NCBI GenBank assembly: GCA_030390025.1
Contig: JASTWF010000033.1
Span: 4,280,001-4,344,000, forward strand
Origin: Squalus acanthias
Taxonomy: Eukaryota
Direction of reading: 5' to 3'
Length of the DNA stretch: 64,000 bases
How positions within the stretch are numbered: position 1 is the stretch's first letter; each line of letters begins with the position of its first letter. Positions 1-12,206 of this stretch are shown here, in pieces. The notes beneath the pieces are model-generated. The model was not told the origin of the DNA. It made no database searches and worked only from the letters and a program-made list of their open reading frames with translations. The position numbers and the translations under genes were made by a program.

Positions 1-241
1 TTAAAATGAAATCATAATTGGCAGTGCAATAGCATATTGTAATGGAATATCAATTTGGAATATAATCATCAGTTGCAATGCAATAAAACATTGCAATCGA
101 ATATCACTTTGCTATATAATAGTCATTTGTAATGCAACAGAGCATTGCAATGGAATATCACACCAATATAATTATCATTTGCAATGCAATCGAAAATTAC
201 AATGGACTAACACTTTGCAATATAATAGTTATATTGCAAAT
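1..241 (+). repeat. 54-bp satellite (consensus GCAATGCAATAGAACATT GCAATGGAATATCACTTT GCAATATAATAGTCATTT)
   Basis: Degenerate tandem copies of the unit seen throughout the window. Confidence 0.9.
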
Positions 242-495
242 GACTCACCGGCAGCAGCAGCGAGAGCGGCCCTGGGTGGAGACTGAGCGCAGAGACCGAG
301 GAATTAAGCACTGGGGTGAGAGAGAGCAGCCCAGACTCACCCGCAGCAGCAGCGAGAAAAGCCCTGGGTGGAGACCAGGATTTAAGGAACGGGGAGAGAG
401 ACAGCGGCCGAGACTCCCGGTGGCAGCAGCGAGAGCGGCCCTTGGTGGAGACTGAGCGCAGAGTCCGAAGATTTAAGGAGTGCGGAGAGAGAGAA
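242..495 (+). repeat. GC/purine-rich ~77-92 bp tandem monomers in the CR1 5' UTR (3 copies; 4 in the mirror copy)
   Basis: gactc(a)ccgg..gcagcagcgagagcggccc..gtggagac recurs at 242, 334 and 411. Confidence 0.85.
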
Positions 496-3400
496 GTAAA
501 TAGTAATCGAAGTGTGACGTCACCAGAAAGCAGGTAAATGATTGGTTGGTGAGCATTTATCTCTTTGTCGCTTTTTTCCAAACTTAAATTTGGTGGTTTC
601 TAGTTTCTAGGGTCTCTGTTGTGTAGCGGGGAGTGCGAGTGAAAAAGGGCCCTTGAGTATATCATTTAATTGTTGTGTAATTAGTGGTATTGATTTGATT
701 TAATTTAATTTGAATTAATTAAAGGGTAATTCAAGGCAGCACAGCTCGGCCCCTGGCATGCTCCTCCTGCACTATGTGGGAAATCAGGGACACTTCCTTG
801 ACTCTGACGACCATGTGTGCGGGAAGTGTATCCAGCTGCAGCTACTTGCAGACCGCATAGCGGCGCTGGAGCTGCGAATGGATACATATTGGAGCATTGG
901 CTATTCTGAGGACATCGTGGATAGCACGATTAGGGAGTTGGCCACACTGCAGGTAAAGGCTGCACAGGCAGGAAGAGAATGGGTGAACGCCAGGCAGAGC
1001 ACTAGACTCGGCAGGTAGTGCAGGGGTCCCCTGTGGTCATCCCCCTCTCAAACAGTTATACCACTTGGATATTGTGGGGGGAGACGTTTTATCCGGGGAA
1101 GGCAGCAGTAGCCAGCTTTCTGGCACCATGGATGATTCTACTGCACAGGACGGGAGGAAAAACAGCGGGGGAGCTATAGTGATAGAGGATTCTATTGTAA
1201 GGGTAATCGATAGGCGTTTCTGCGGCCGCAAACGAGACTCCAGCATGGATAGTTGCCTCCCTGGTGCAAGGGTCAAGGTGTCTCAGAGCGGCTGCAGGGA
1301 ATTCTGGAGGGGGATGCTGAACAGCCAGCTGTCGTGGTGCATATAGGTATCAACGATATAGGTAAAAAACGGGTTGAGGTCCTAAAAGCTGAATATAGGA
1401 AATTAGCAGGTAAATTAAAACATAGGTCCTTAAAGGTAGTAATCTCAGTATTGCTAGAAGCGCCACGTGCTCGTCAGAGAAGAAATAGAAGGATATTTCA
1501 GATGAATACGTGGCTAGAGGAATGGTGCAAGGGGGAGTGATTCAAATTCCTGGGACATTGGAACCGGTTCTGTGGGAGGTGGGACCAGTACAAACTGGAC
1601 GGTTTGCACCTGGGCAGGACTGGGACCGATGTCCTAGGGGGAGTGTTTGCTAGTGCTGTTGGGGAGTGTTTAAACTAAAATGGCAGGTGGTTGGGAACCT
1701 GTGCAGGGAGACAGAGAAAAGGGAAGCAAGGATAGAAGCAAAAGACAGGAAGGCGAAAAGCAGAAGTGAAAGGCAAAGAAATGAAGTGTGTAAATCAAAC
1801 AAGGCCACAGTAAATAATAATCCCAAAAGGACTCCGAGTTCTAAAAAAACAAGCCTGAAGGCTTTGTGAGTTAATACGAGGAGAATTTGTAATATGGTGG
1901 ATGAATAAGCTGCGCAATTAGATATACATGGATATGATATAATTGGGATTGCGGATACATTGCTCCAGCGTGACCAAGGGTGGGAATTTAACATCCAGGG
2001 GTGTTCAATATTCAGGAAGGACAGGCGAAAAGGAAAAGGAGGTGGGGTAGCATTGCCGGTTAAAGAGGAGATTAACACAATAATAAGGAAGGATATTAGC
2101 TCTGATGATGTGGAATCTGTATGGGTAGAGCTGAGAAATATCAAGGTGCAGAAAACGTTCGTGGGAGTTGTATACAGATCCTCAAACAGTAATGCTGGTG
2201 TTGGGGATGACATTAAACAGGAAATTAAAGACGCGTGCAATAAGCGAACAGCAGTTATCATGGGCGATTTTAATCTACATGCGGATTGGGCTAACCAAAT
2301 TAGTAACATTACTGTGGAGGAGGAATTCCTAGAGTGTATAAGGGATGGTTTGCTGGAGCAATATGTCGAGGAAACAACTCGAGATCGGGCCATCTTAGAC
2401 TGGGTATTATGTAATGAGAAAGGATTGATTAGCAATCTTATTGTGCGAAGCCCCTTGGGGAGGAGCGATCATAATATGATATAATTATTCATTAAGATGG
2501 AGAGTGAAGTAGTTGACTCAGAGACTTGGGTCCTGAATTTAAATAAAGGTAACTACGATGGTGTGAGGTGCGAGTTGGCTAGGGTGGACTGGGGAACGTT
2601 ACTTATAGGGTTCATGGTGAATCGGCAATGGCAAACATTTAAAGATCGCATGGATTAACTACACAATTTGTTCATCCCTGTCTGGCATAAAAATAAAATG
2701 TGGTGCAAACATGGCGAACAAGGTAAATTAGGCATAGCATAAGATCCAATGAGAAGACATATACATTGGCCAGAAAAAGCAGCAAACCTGAGGCTTGGGA
2801 GCAATTTAGGATTCAGCAAAGGAGGACCAAAAGATTAAATAAGAGGAGGAAAATAGAGTATGAGAGTAAGCTTTCAGGGAACATAAAATCTGACTGTAAA
2901 AGCTTCTACAGATATGTGAAGAGAAAAAGATTTGTGAAGTCAAGCGTAGGTCTCTTGCAGTCAGAATCAGTGGAATTTATAATGGGGAACAAAGAAATGG
3001 CTGACCAATTAAATACATACTTTGGTTCTGTCTTTAAAAAGGACGACACCAATAACCTCCCAGAGATGTCGTGGAACATAGGGTCTAATGAGAGCGAGGA
3101 ACTGAATGAAATCAGTAATTGTAGGGAAATGGTGTTAAGGGAAATTGACGGAATTAAAGGCCGATAAATCCCCAGGGCCTGATAATCTACATCCTAAGGT
3201 ACTTAAGGAAGTGGCCCTAGAAATAGTAGATGTAATGCTGGTCATCTTAGAAACATTTTTAGAATCTGGAACAGTTCCCATGGATTCGTGGGTAGCTAAT
3301 GTAACCCCACAATTTAATAAAGATGGTCGAGAGAAAACGGAGAATTATACACCGGTAAGCCTGACATCGGTAGTGGGGAAAATGCTAGAGTCCATTATAA

Positions 3401-4751
3401 AAGATGTAATAGCAGAGCACTTGAAAAACCGTGACAGGTTCAGAAAAAGTCAACATGGATTTACAAAAGCTAAATCGTGCTTGACTAACCAATGGAATTT
3501 TTTGAGGATGTAACTCGTAGAATAGATAAGGGAGAACCATGGATGTGGTGTATTTGGACTTTCAAAAGGCTTTCGATAAGGTCCCACATCAGAGATTAGC
3601 CTGTAAAGTTAAAGCCCATGTGATTGGGGGTAAGGTCCTGACTTGGATAGAGAACTGGTTGGCAGACAGGAAGCAAAGAGTTGGAATAAACGGGTCTTTT
3701 TCCGAGTGGCAGGCAGTGAATACTGGGTACTGCAGGCATCGGTCCTAGAACCCCAGCTATTCACAATATATATTAATGATCTAGATGAGGGAACTAGATG
3801 TAATATTTTCAAGTTTGCAGTGAAACAAAGCTGGGTGGGCCTGTGTGCTGTGAGGAGGATGCCGAGAAACTCCAATATGTTTTGGACAGGTTGGGTGATT
3901 GGGCAGATGCATGGCAGATGCAATATAACGTGGATAAATGCGAGGTTATCCACTTTGGTGGCAAAAGCAGGAAGGCATGTTATTATCTGAACGGCAATAG
4001 ATTGGGAGAAGGAGAAGTGCAACGAGACCTGGGTGTCCTCGTGCACCAGTCGCTGAAGGTAAGCATGTTGGTGCGGTAGGAGTTTAAGAAGGCAAATGGT
4101 ATTTTGGCCTTCATAGCGAGAGGATTCGAATACAGTAGCAAGGATGAGTTGCTGCAGATGTAGAGGGCGTGGGTGAGACCACACCTTGAGTATAATGTGC
4201 ACTTTTGGTCGCCTTATCTGAGGAAGGATGTTCTTGCAATGGAAGAAGTGCAGCGAAGATACACCAGACTGATACCTGGGATGGCATGAATGACGTATGA
4301 GGAGAGATGGGATCCATTGGGCTTATATTCGATGGAATTTAGAAGAATGAGAGGCGAATTCATTGAAACTTATAAAATTCTAACAGGACTAGACAGACTA
4401 GATGCAGAAAGGATGTTCCCGATGGCGGGGGAGTCGAGAACCAGGGGTCACAGTCTAAAGATAAGGGGTAAGCCGTTTAGCACAGAGATGAGGAGGAATT
4501 TCTTCACCCAGAGAGTGGTGAACCTGTGGAATTCTCTACCACAGAAGGCAGTTGAGGTCAATTCATGAAAATATTCAAAAGGAGTTAGATATATTTCTTA
4601 AGGCTAAAGGGATCAAGGGATATATGGAGAAATCAGGGACAAGGTACTGAATTTGGATGATCAGCCATGACCTAATTAAATGGCGGAGCCAGCTCGAGGA
4701 GCCGAATAACCTACTCCTGCTCTTATTTTCTATGTTTCTATGTTTCTATGT
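242..4751 (+). mobile_element. Full-length decayed CR1-clade LINE (HER1-like): 5' tandem monomers, ORF1 (Cys-finger + SGNH esterase), ORF2 (APE endonuclease + RT)
   Basis: ORF fragments [64 protein letters not shown]; 3' stem-loop and (TTTCTATG)n tail. Many stops and frameshifts. Possible TSD tagttat at 226-232 and 4752-4758. Confidence 0.93.
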
Positions 4752-6356
4752 TAGTTATTTACAATGTAACAGCATATTGCAATGGAATATCACTTTGAAA
4801 TAAATTTGTCATTTGACATGCAATGGCACATAACAATGCAATCGTACATTGCAAAGGAATATCACTTTGCAATATAATACTCATTTGCAATGCAATAGCA
4901 AATTGCCATGGAATATAAATTTGGAACATAATAGTAATCTGCAGCACAATTTCTCATTGTAATGGAATATCGCTTTCAACTAAAATCGTAATTGGCAATG
5001 CAATTGCTTATTGCAATGGAATATCAATTTAAAATATAATTGTCATTTGCAATGCAACAGCACATTGTAATGCAATGTCGCTTTGCCAAATAATATGAAT
5101 TTGCATTGCAATAGCACATTGCAATGGAATATCACTTTGTAATATAACAGTCATTATGTCGATTTCCAATATAATCGTAATTTGCAAAGCGTTGTAACAA
5201 TGCAATGGACTTTCACTTTGCAATATAAATGTCATTGGCAATGCAATGGAACAGTTCAATGGAATATAACTTTGCAATATAATAGTCTATTTGCAATGCA
5301 ATGGCAAATTGTAATGTAATATCGCTTTAAAATATAACCATTATCTGCAGTGCAATAGCACATTGCAATGGAATATCGCTTTGCAGTATAATAGTCATTT
5401 GCAATGCAATAGCACATTGTCAAGTAATATTGCTTTGCAATATAATAGTCATTTGCAATGCAATAGAATATTGCAATGGAATATCACATTGCAATATAAT
5501 ACTTATTTGCAATGCAATAAAAATCTGCCATGTAATATTACATTGCAATATAATACTTTTTTGCAATGCAATAGAACACTGCCAAGGAATATCACATTGC
5601 AATATATTTCTTATTTGCAATGCAATAGAACATTGCAATGGAATATTATTTTAAAATATAACAGTCATTTGCAATGCAATAGAGTATTGCAATGGAATAT
5701 CACTTTGCAATATAATAGACATTTGCAATACAATACAACATTGCAATGGAATATCACTTTCTAATATGATAGTAATTTGCAATGAATTAGCTCTTTCTAA
5801 TGGAATATCATTTTGCTATGTAATAGTCTTTAGCAATGCAAAAGCACATTGCAATGGAATTTGATTTTGCAAATAATAGTCGCTTGCAATGCAAAAGCAC
5901 ATTGCAATGGAATATCACTTTGCAATATAATCGTTATTTTAATGCAATAGCAAATCGCAATGAAATATTGAATTGCAAAATCATTGCCATTTGCAATGCA
6001 ATAGGAAATTCCGATGGAATATCACTTTGCAATATAATAGTCATTTGCCATGCAATAGAACATTGCAATGGAACATAACTTTAAATATAATAGTCATTTG
6101 CAATGCAATAGCACATTAAAATAGAATATCGCTCTGCAATATAATATTCATTTGCAATGCAATAGAATATTGCAATGGAATATCACTTTGAAAAATAATA
6201 GTCATTTGCAATGCAATAGCACATTGTTATGGAATACCGCTTTGCATTATAATCGTCATTTGCAATGCAATAAAACATTGCAATGGAATATCACATTGCA
6301 ATATAATACTTATTTGCAATGCAATAGAACATTGCAATGGGATATCTCTTGAAAAT
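4752..6356 (+). repeat. 54-bp satellite block
   Basis: Period 54, for example gcaatgcaat at 5401 and 5455. Confidence 0.95.
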
Positions 6357-6915
6357 TGTAAGAGTAAAACATTAATTGTAATAATGTAAGTGCAAATCAG
6401 TTGTAATGTTTAAGATTAGTTGAACTGCTTAAAGGACTATAGTAAAGGTCAAAGTATCTCCCGAAGGCTACAAGCCGATGGAGACAGGTGTATAATTAGA
6501 TAAAGGCCAGCTTGCTTAGTCTGCAGTATAGACAATGCAGACACTGCAGAACAAAAACGTGAATCATTGTTTTCTCTAATAAACGAACCTCGAAAAGGCG
6601 TAAGAATGAAACGTTGCGGTGCAGTGGCTGACCACTATTAGACAAAACAGATGTGGTGGATGAATGTCGCTAACATTGTAAGATTCTAATCAAGTTGTTT
6701 TTAGAGACCCTAAGAGTCGCTCATGATGTAATAACTGTGCTGATGATTGTGTTTTCTGGCTTCTTGAAGTGGAAAAAGAAGATTGGCTGCCACTATTAAA
6801 TTGAGAAACTGGTCACTAGACCACAGGCTATGACCCTTCTCCCAGGGCGCTTTGAATAATAAACTGTGATCTTTTGCTTTGAGACAGGCACGAGTGAATT
6901 ACTTTTTCACCAACA
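6357..6915 (+). mobile_element. Solo LTR related to the proviral 3' LTR at 33681-34167
   Basis: TG...CA termini, 4-bp TSD AAAT (6353-6356 and 6916-6919), AATAAA at 6858. The start (tgtaagagtaaaa) and U5 (aataaactgtgatctt.tgctttgaga....cgagtgaatta.tttttcacc) match the ERV LTR. Confidence 0.88.
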
Positions 6916-8169
6916 AAATATAACAGTCATTTGCAATGCAATAGAACATTGCAATGGAATATCACGTTTCTATTTGATAGTCATTTTCAATGCAGCAGCT
7001 TATTCTAATGGAATAACACTTTGCAATGTAATAGTCATTTGCAATGCAGCAGAACATTGCAATGAAATATCACTTAACAGCACAGTCGTCATTTGCAATG
7101 CAACAGAACATTGCAATGCAATATCACTCTGCCATTTAATAGTCATTTGCAATGCAATAGAACATTGCAATGAAATATCCGTGCAATATAATCGTCATTT
7201 GCAATGCAATAGAACATTGCAATGGAATATCACTTTCCAATATGATAGTCATTTGCAATCCATTAGCTCATTCTAATGGAATATCATTTTGCAATGTAAT
7301 AGTTATTAGCAATGCAAAAGCACATTGTATTTGAATTTCATTTTGCAATGTAATAGTCATTTACAATGCAATAGCACATTGCAATGTAATATCACTTTAC
7401 AATATATACGTCATTTGCAATGCAATAGCTTACTGCAATTGAATATCACTTTGCAATATAATAACCACTTGCAATGCAATAAAACTCTGCAATGGAATGT
7501 CACATTTTAATATAATACTTATTTGTAATGCAATATAATATTGCAATGGAATATCACTTAGCAATGCAATAGTCATTTGCAATGCAATAGCACATTGTAA
7601 TAGAATATCGCTTTGCATTATAATCGTCCTTTGCAATGCAATAAAACATTACAATGGAATATTTCGTTAAAATATAAGTTATTTGCAATGCAATAGAACA
7701 TTGCAATGGAATATCACTTTTCGATTTGATAGTCATTTGCAATGCATTAGCTTATTCTAATGGAATATCACTTTGCAATATTAAAGTTATTTGCAATGCA
7801 ACTGAAAATTGAAATGAAATATCACTTAACAGCATAGTAGTCATTTGTGATGCAATAGAACATTGCAATAGAACATCACTTAACGATGTAATAGTCACTT
7901 GCAATGCAAAAGCACATTGAAATGGAATTTCATTTTGCAATGTAATAGTCATTTGCAATGCAACAGAACATTGCAATGAAATATCACTTAACAGCATAGT
8001 TGTAATTTGTGATGCAATAGAACATTGCAATTGAAGATCACTTAGCAATGTAATAGTCCTTTGCAATGCAAAAGCACTTTGCAGTGGAATAATACTTGCA
8101 ACCTAATCGTTATTTGCAATGCAATAGTAAATCGCAATGAAATATTGACTTGCAAAATAATCGTCATTT
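6916..8169 (+). repeat. 54-bp satellite block
   Basis: Tandem degenerate units. Confidence 0.95.
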
Positions 8170-9910
8170 AGAAACATAGAAACATAGAAGATAGGAGCAG
8201 GAGTAGGCCATTCGGCCCCTCGAGCCTGCTCCGCCATTTAATGAGATCATGGCTGATCATCCAAATTCAGCACCCTGTCCCTGCTTTGTCCCCATATCAC
8301 TTGATCCCTTGAGCCTTAAGAAATACATCGACCTCCTACTTGAATATATTTCATGAATTAGCCTCAACTGCCTTCTCTGGTACAGAATTCCACAGGTTCA
8401 CCACTCGCTGGGTGAAGAAATTCCTCCTCATCTCGGTCCGAAATGGCTTACCCCTTATCCTTTGACTGTGACTTCTGGTTCTGGACTCCCCCGCCATCGG
8501 GAACATCCTTCCTGCATCTAGTCTGTCTATTCCTGTTAGAATTTTATAAGTTTCAATGAGATCCCTTCTCATTCTTCAAATCTCGAGCGAACACAAGACC
8601 AATCGTCCCAATCTCTCTTCATATGTCATTCCTGCCATCCCAGGTATCAGTCTGGTGAATCTTCACTGCACTCCCTCCATAGCAAGAACATCCTTCCTCA
8701 GAAAAGGCGACGAAAACTGCACACAATACTCAAGGTGGGGTCTCACCAAGGCCCTGTACAAATGCAGCAAGATATCCTTGCTCCTGTACACGAATCCTCT
8801 CACTATGAAGGCCAACATACCATTTGCCTTCGAAACCGCCTGCTGCACCTGCATGCTTACCTTCAGCGACTGGTGCACAAGGACTCCCAGGTCTCGTTGC
8901 ACTTGCCCTTCTCTCAATCTATTGCCATTCAGATTATAATCTGCCTTCCTGTTTTTGCCACCAAAGTGGATAACCTCGCATTTACCCATATTATACTGCA
9001 TCTGCCATGCACCTGCCCAATCATCCAACTTGTCCAAATCATACTGGAATTTCTCTGCATCCTCCTCACAACACACACGCCCACCCAACTTTGTGTCGTC
9101 TGCAAATTCGGAGATATTACATCCAGTTCCCTCGTCTAGATCATTAATATATATTGTGAATAACTGGGGTCCTAGCACCGATCCCTGCGGTACCCCACGA
9201 GTCACTGCCTGCCACTCGGAAAAAGTCCCGTTTATTCCAACACTTTGCTTCCTGTCTCCCAACCAGTTCTCTATCCAAGTCAGTACCTTACCCACACTCC
9301 CATGTGCTTTAACTTTGCACGCTAATCTCATATGCGGGACCTTATCGAAAGCCTTCTGAAAGTTGAAATACACCACATCCACACGTTCTCCCCTATCTAT
9401 TCTACCAGTTACTTCCTCAAAAAATTCCATGAGATTAGTCAAGCATGATTTACCTTTTGTAAATCCATATTGAATTTGTCCCATTCTGTCACTGTTTTCC
9501 AAGTGCTCTGCTAGTACATCTTTTATAATGGACTCTAGCATTTTCCCCACTACCGATGTCAGGCTTACCGGTCATTAATTCCACGTTTTCTCTCCCGCAC
9601 TTTTTTAAACAGTGGGGTTAGATTAGCTACCCTCCAATCCATGGGAACTGTTCCAGAATCTATAGAATTCTGGAAGATGACCAGCAATGCAGCTACTATT
9701 TCTCGTGCTACTTCCTTAAGTACCCAAGCATGTAAATTATCTGGCCCTGGGGATTTATCGGCCTTCAATACGGCAAATTTCCCGAACACCATTTCCCTAC
9801 AAATACCGATTTCATTCAGTTCTTCCCTCTCATTAGAGTCTATGTTCCCCGACATATCTGGGAGGTTATTTCTGTCCTCCTTTGTGAAGACAGAACCAAC
9901 GTATGTATTG
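8170..9910 (-). mobile_element. 5'-truncated CR1 LINE (RT domain to 3' tail)
   Basis: ORF 8663..9550 has [20 protein letters not shown] and FADDTKL; the tail microsatellite (catagaaa)n is at 8170. Confidence 0.93.
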
Positions 9911-11310
9911 TAAGTGCAATGGAATATCACTTCGCAATGTAATAGTCATTTGAAATGCAAAACCCATTGTAATGGAATATCACTTTGCAATGTAATAGTC
10001 ATTTGTAATGCAACAGAACATTGCAATGAAATATCACTTAACAGCATAGCAGTCATTTGTGATGCAATATAACATTGCAATGGAATATTACTTCGCAATG
10101 TAAAAGTAATTTGCAATGCAATAGCAAATCGCAATGAAATATTGATTTGCAAAATAATTGTCATTTGCAATGCAATAGCACATTTCATTGGAATATCACT
10201 GTGCAATATAATAGTTATTAGCAATGCAACATAACGTTGCAATGAAATATCACTTAACAGCATAGTAGTCATTTGTGATGCAATAGAATATTGCAATGGA
10301 ATTTCACTTATCTATATGATCGTCATTTGCAATGCAATAGAATATTGCAATGCAATATCAGTTAAAAGCACAGCAGTTCTTTGTGATGCAATAGAACGTT
10401 GATATGGAAGATCATTAGCAATGTAACATTCATTTGCCATGCAATAGCACATTGCAATGGAATATCACTTAGCAATATGATCGTAATTTGCAATGCAAAG
10501 GAACATTGCAATGCACTATCACTTAGCCATATAATAGTTATTTGCAAAGCAATATAACATTGCAATGAAATATCATTGCAATATAAGCGTCATTTGCAAT
10601 GCAATAGAAGATTGCAATGCAATATCACTTTGCAATATAATAGTAATTTGCAATGCATTAGAACATTGCAATGGAATATCACTTTGCGAAAAATAGTCAT
10701 TTGCATTGCATTAGCTCATTCTAATAGAATATGACTTTGCAGTATATTCGTCAATTGCAATGCAATAGCACATTGCAATGGAATATCACTTTGCAATTGA
10801 ATAGCAATGAAATTTCAGTTTGCATATTAATAATAATTTTCAATGAAATAGAATATTGCAATGGAATATCACTTAAAAGTAAAGTAGTCATTTTTAATGC
10901 AATATAATATTGTAAAGGAATATCACTTAGCAATGTAATAGTCATTTGCAATGCAATAGAACATTGCAATGGGACATAACTTATAATATATAATAGTCAT
11001 TTGCAATGCAATAGCACATTGCAATGAAATATCGCTCTGCAATATAATATTCATTTGCAATGCAATAGAATATTGTAATGGAATATCACTTTGCCATATT
11101 ATAGTCATTTACAATGCTATAGAACATTGCAATGAAATATCATTGCAATATAATCGTCATTTGCAATGCAATTGAACATTGCAATGGAATATCACTTTGC
11201 AATAGATTCGTCATTTCCAAAGCAAGAGAAAAATGTTTCTGGAATTTCAGTTTGCATTGTAACAATAATTTGCAGTGCAATAGAATATTGCAATGGAATA
11301 TCACTTAAGA
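9911..11310 (+). repeat. 54-bp satellite block
   Basis: Tandem degenerate units. Confidence 0.95.
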
Positions 11311-12206
11311 TGTTAATGATCTCTGAGTTCTTCGACAATACACCAATAGGCAGCAGCCAGTATGTTTGAGCAATAGATCAAGATTTATTAATCATACAGC
11401 GTAATATACTTAATATTCGGCGATAGTTTTAGCGAGTAGCTCGCAGCCCTAGGTCTCTGGAACCTCTCGGATACAGATGACGTCGTCTTAATTGTGTTCC
11501 TCTGTTCTCGCAGTACGTCTGTGTAAAATTGTTCTTTGAGTATCGCGGTTTAAACCCTTTTCTTATCAATAACTTCGTTTGGCCAGTGTACATATATGGT
11601 CTTCAACAAAATCACCTTTTATAATTGGTTCTAATGGTTAACATACCATTGTCACTTCGACTAAGTTAGCATCCCGCCTTTCCAGTATTTTTCCACCAAC
11701 TTTGCCATGTTCAGTGTTATCTTGTTTATAAATTTGCACCCCATTGGAATTGACTTTATCTCTTTCATCTCGAGCTTCCCTGGTAAAAGGCCTTTATACC
11801 AAGTGCCCATATCAGCGCTGTTTCACTCGTCTTGAGGTATCCAGACTATTTCACTTTAATCTACCAGCTAAATACCTTATCTCCATGATCTCTCTCATTT
11901 TATGTCTTTATACAAATTATTCTTTAAATATTGTTGTGATTAGTTTTATTAAGCGAAATCTAAGTTCTACTTAGCATCGTAGTATGTAATTTAATGATTT
12001 TTCCTGCACTATCAGCCTGTAACTGTTTGTTATCAAAGTTTAGTCAAAACTGCTTCAGACTGTGCACTACATTTTGAACAATTCTGAGATTGTAGCTACC
12101 CAGGAGTAATTGTGGGCTATATTATTTGGTCAATGGCTACACTTGAAGTTATACATATATGATTCCCATACACTAAATATCTTCAAATATCAGCCTTCCG
12201 TACACA
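11311..12206 (-). mobile_element. Probable solo LTR (~0.9 kb)
   Basis: Non-coding insert in the satellite with TG...CA ends; minus-strand AATAAA (tttatt at 11384) about 75 bp from the end. TSD is not clear. Confidence 0.72.
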
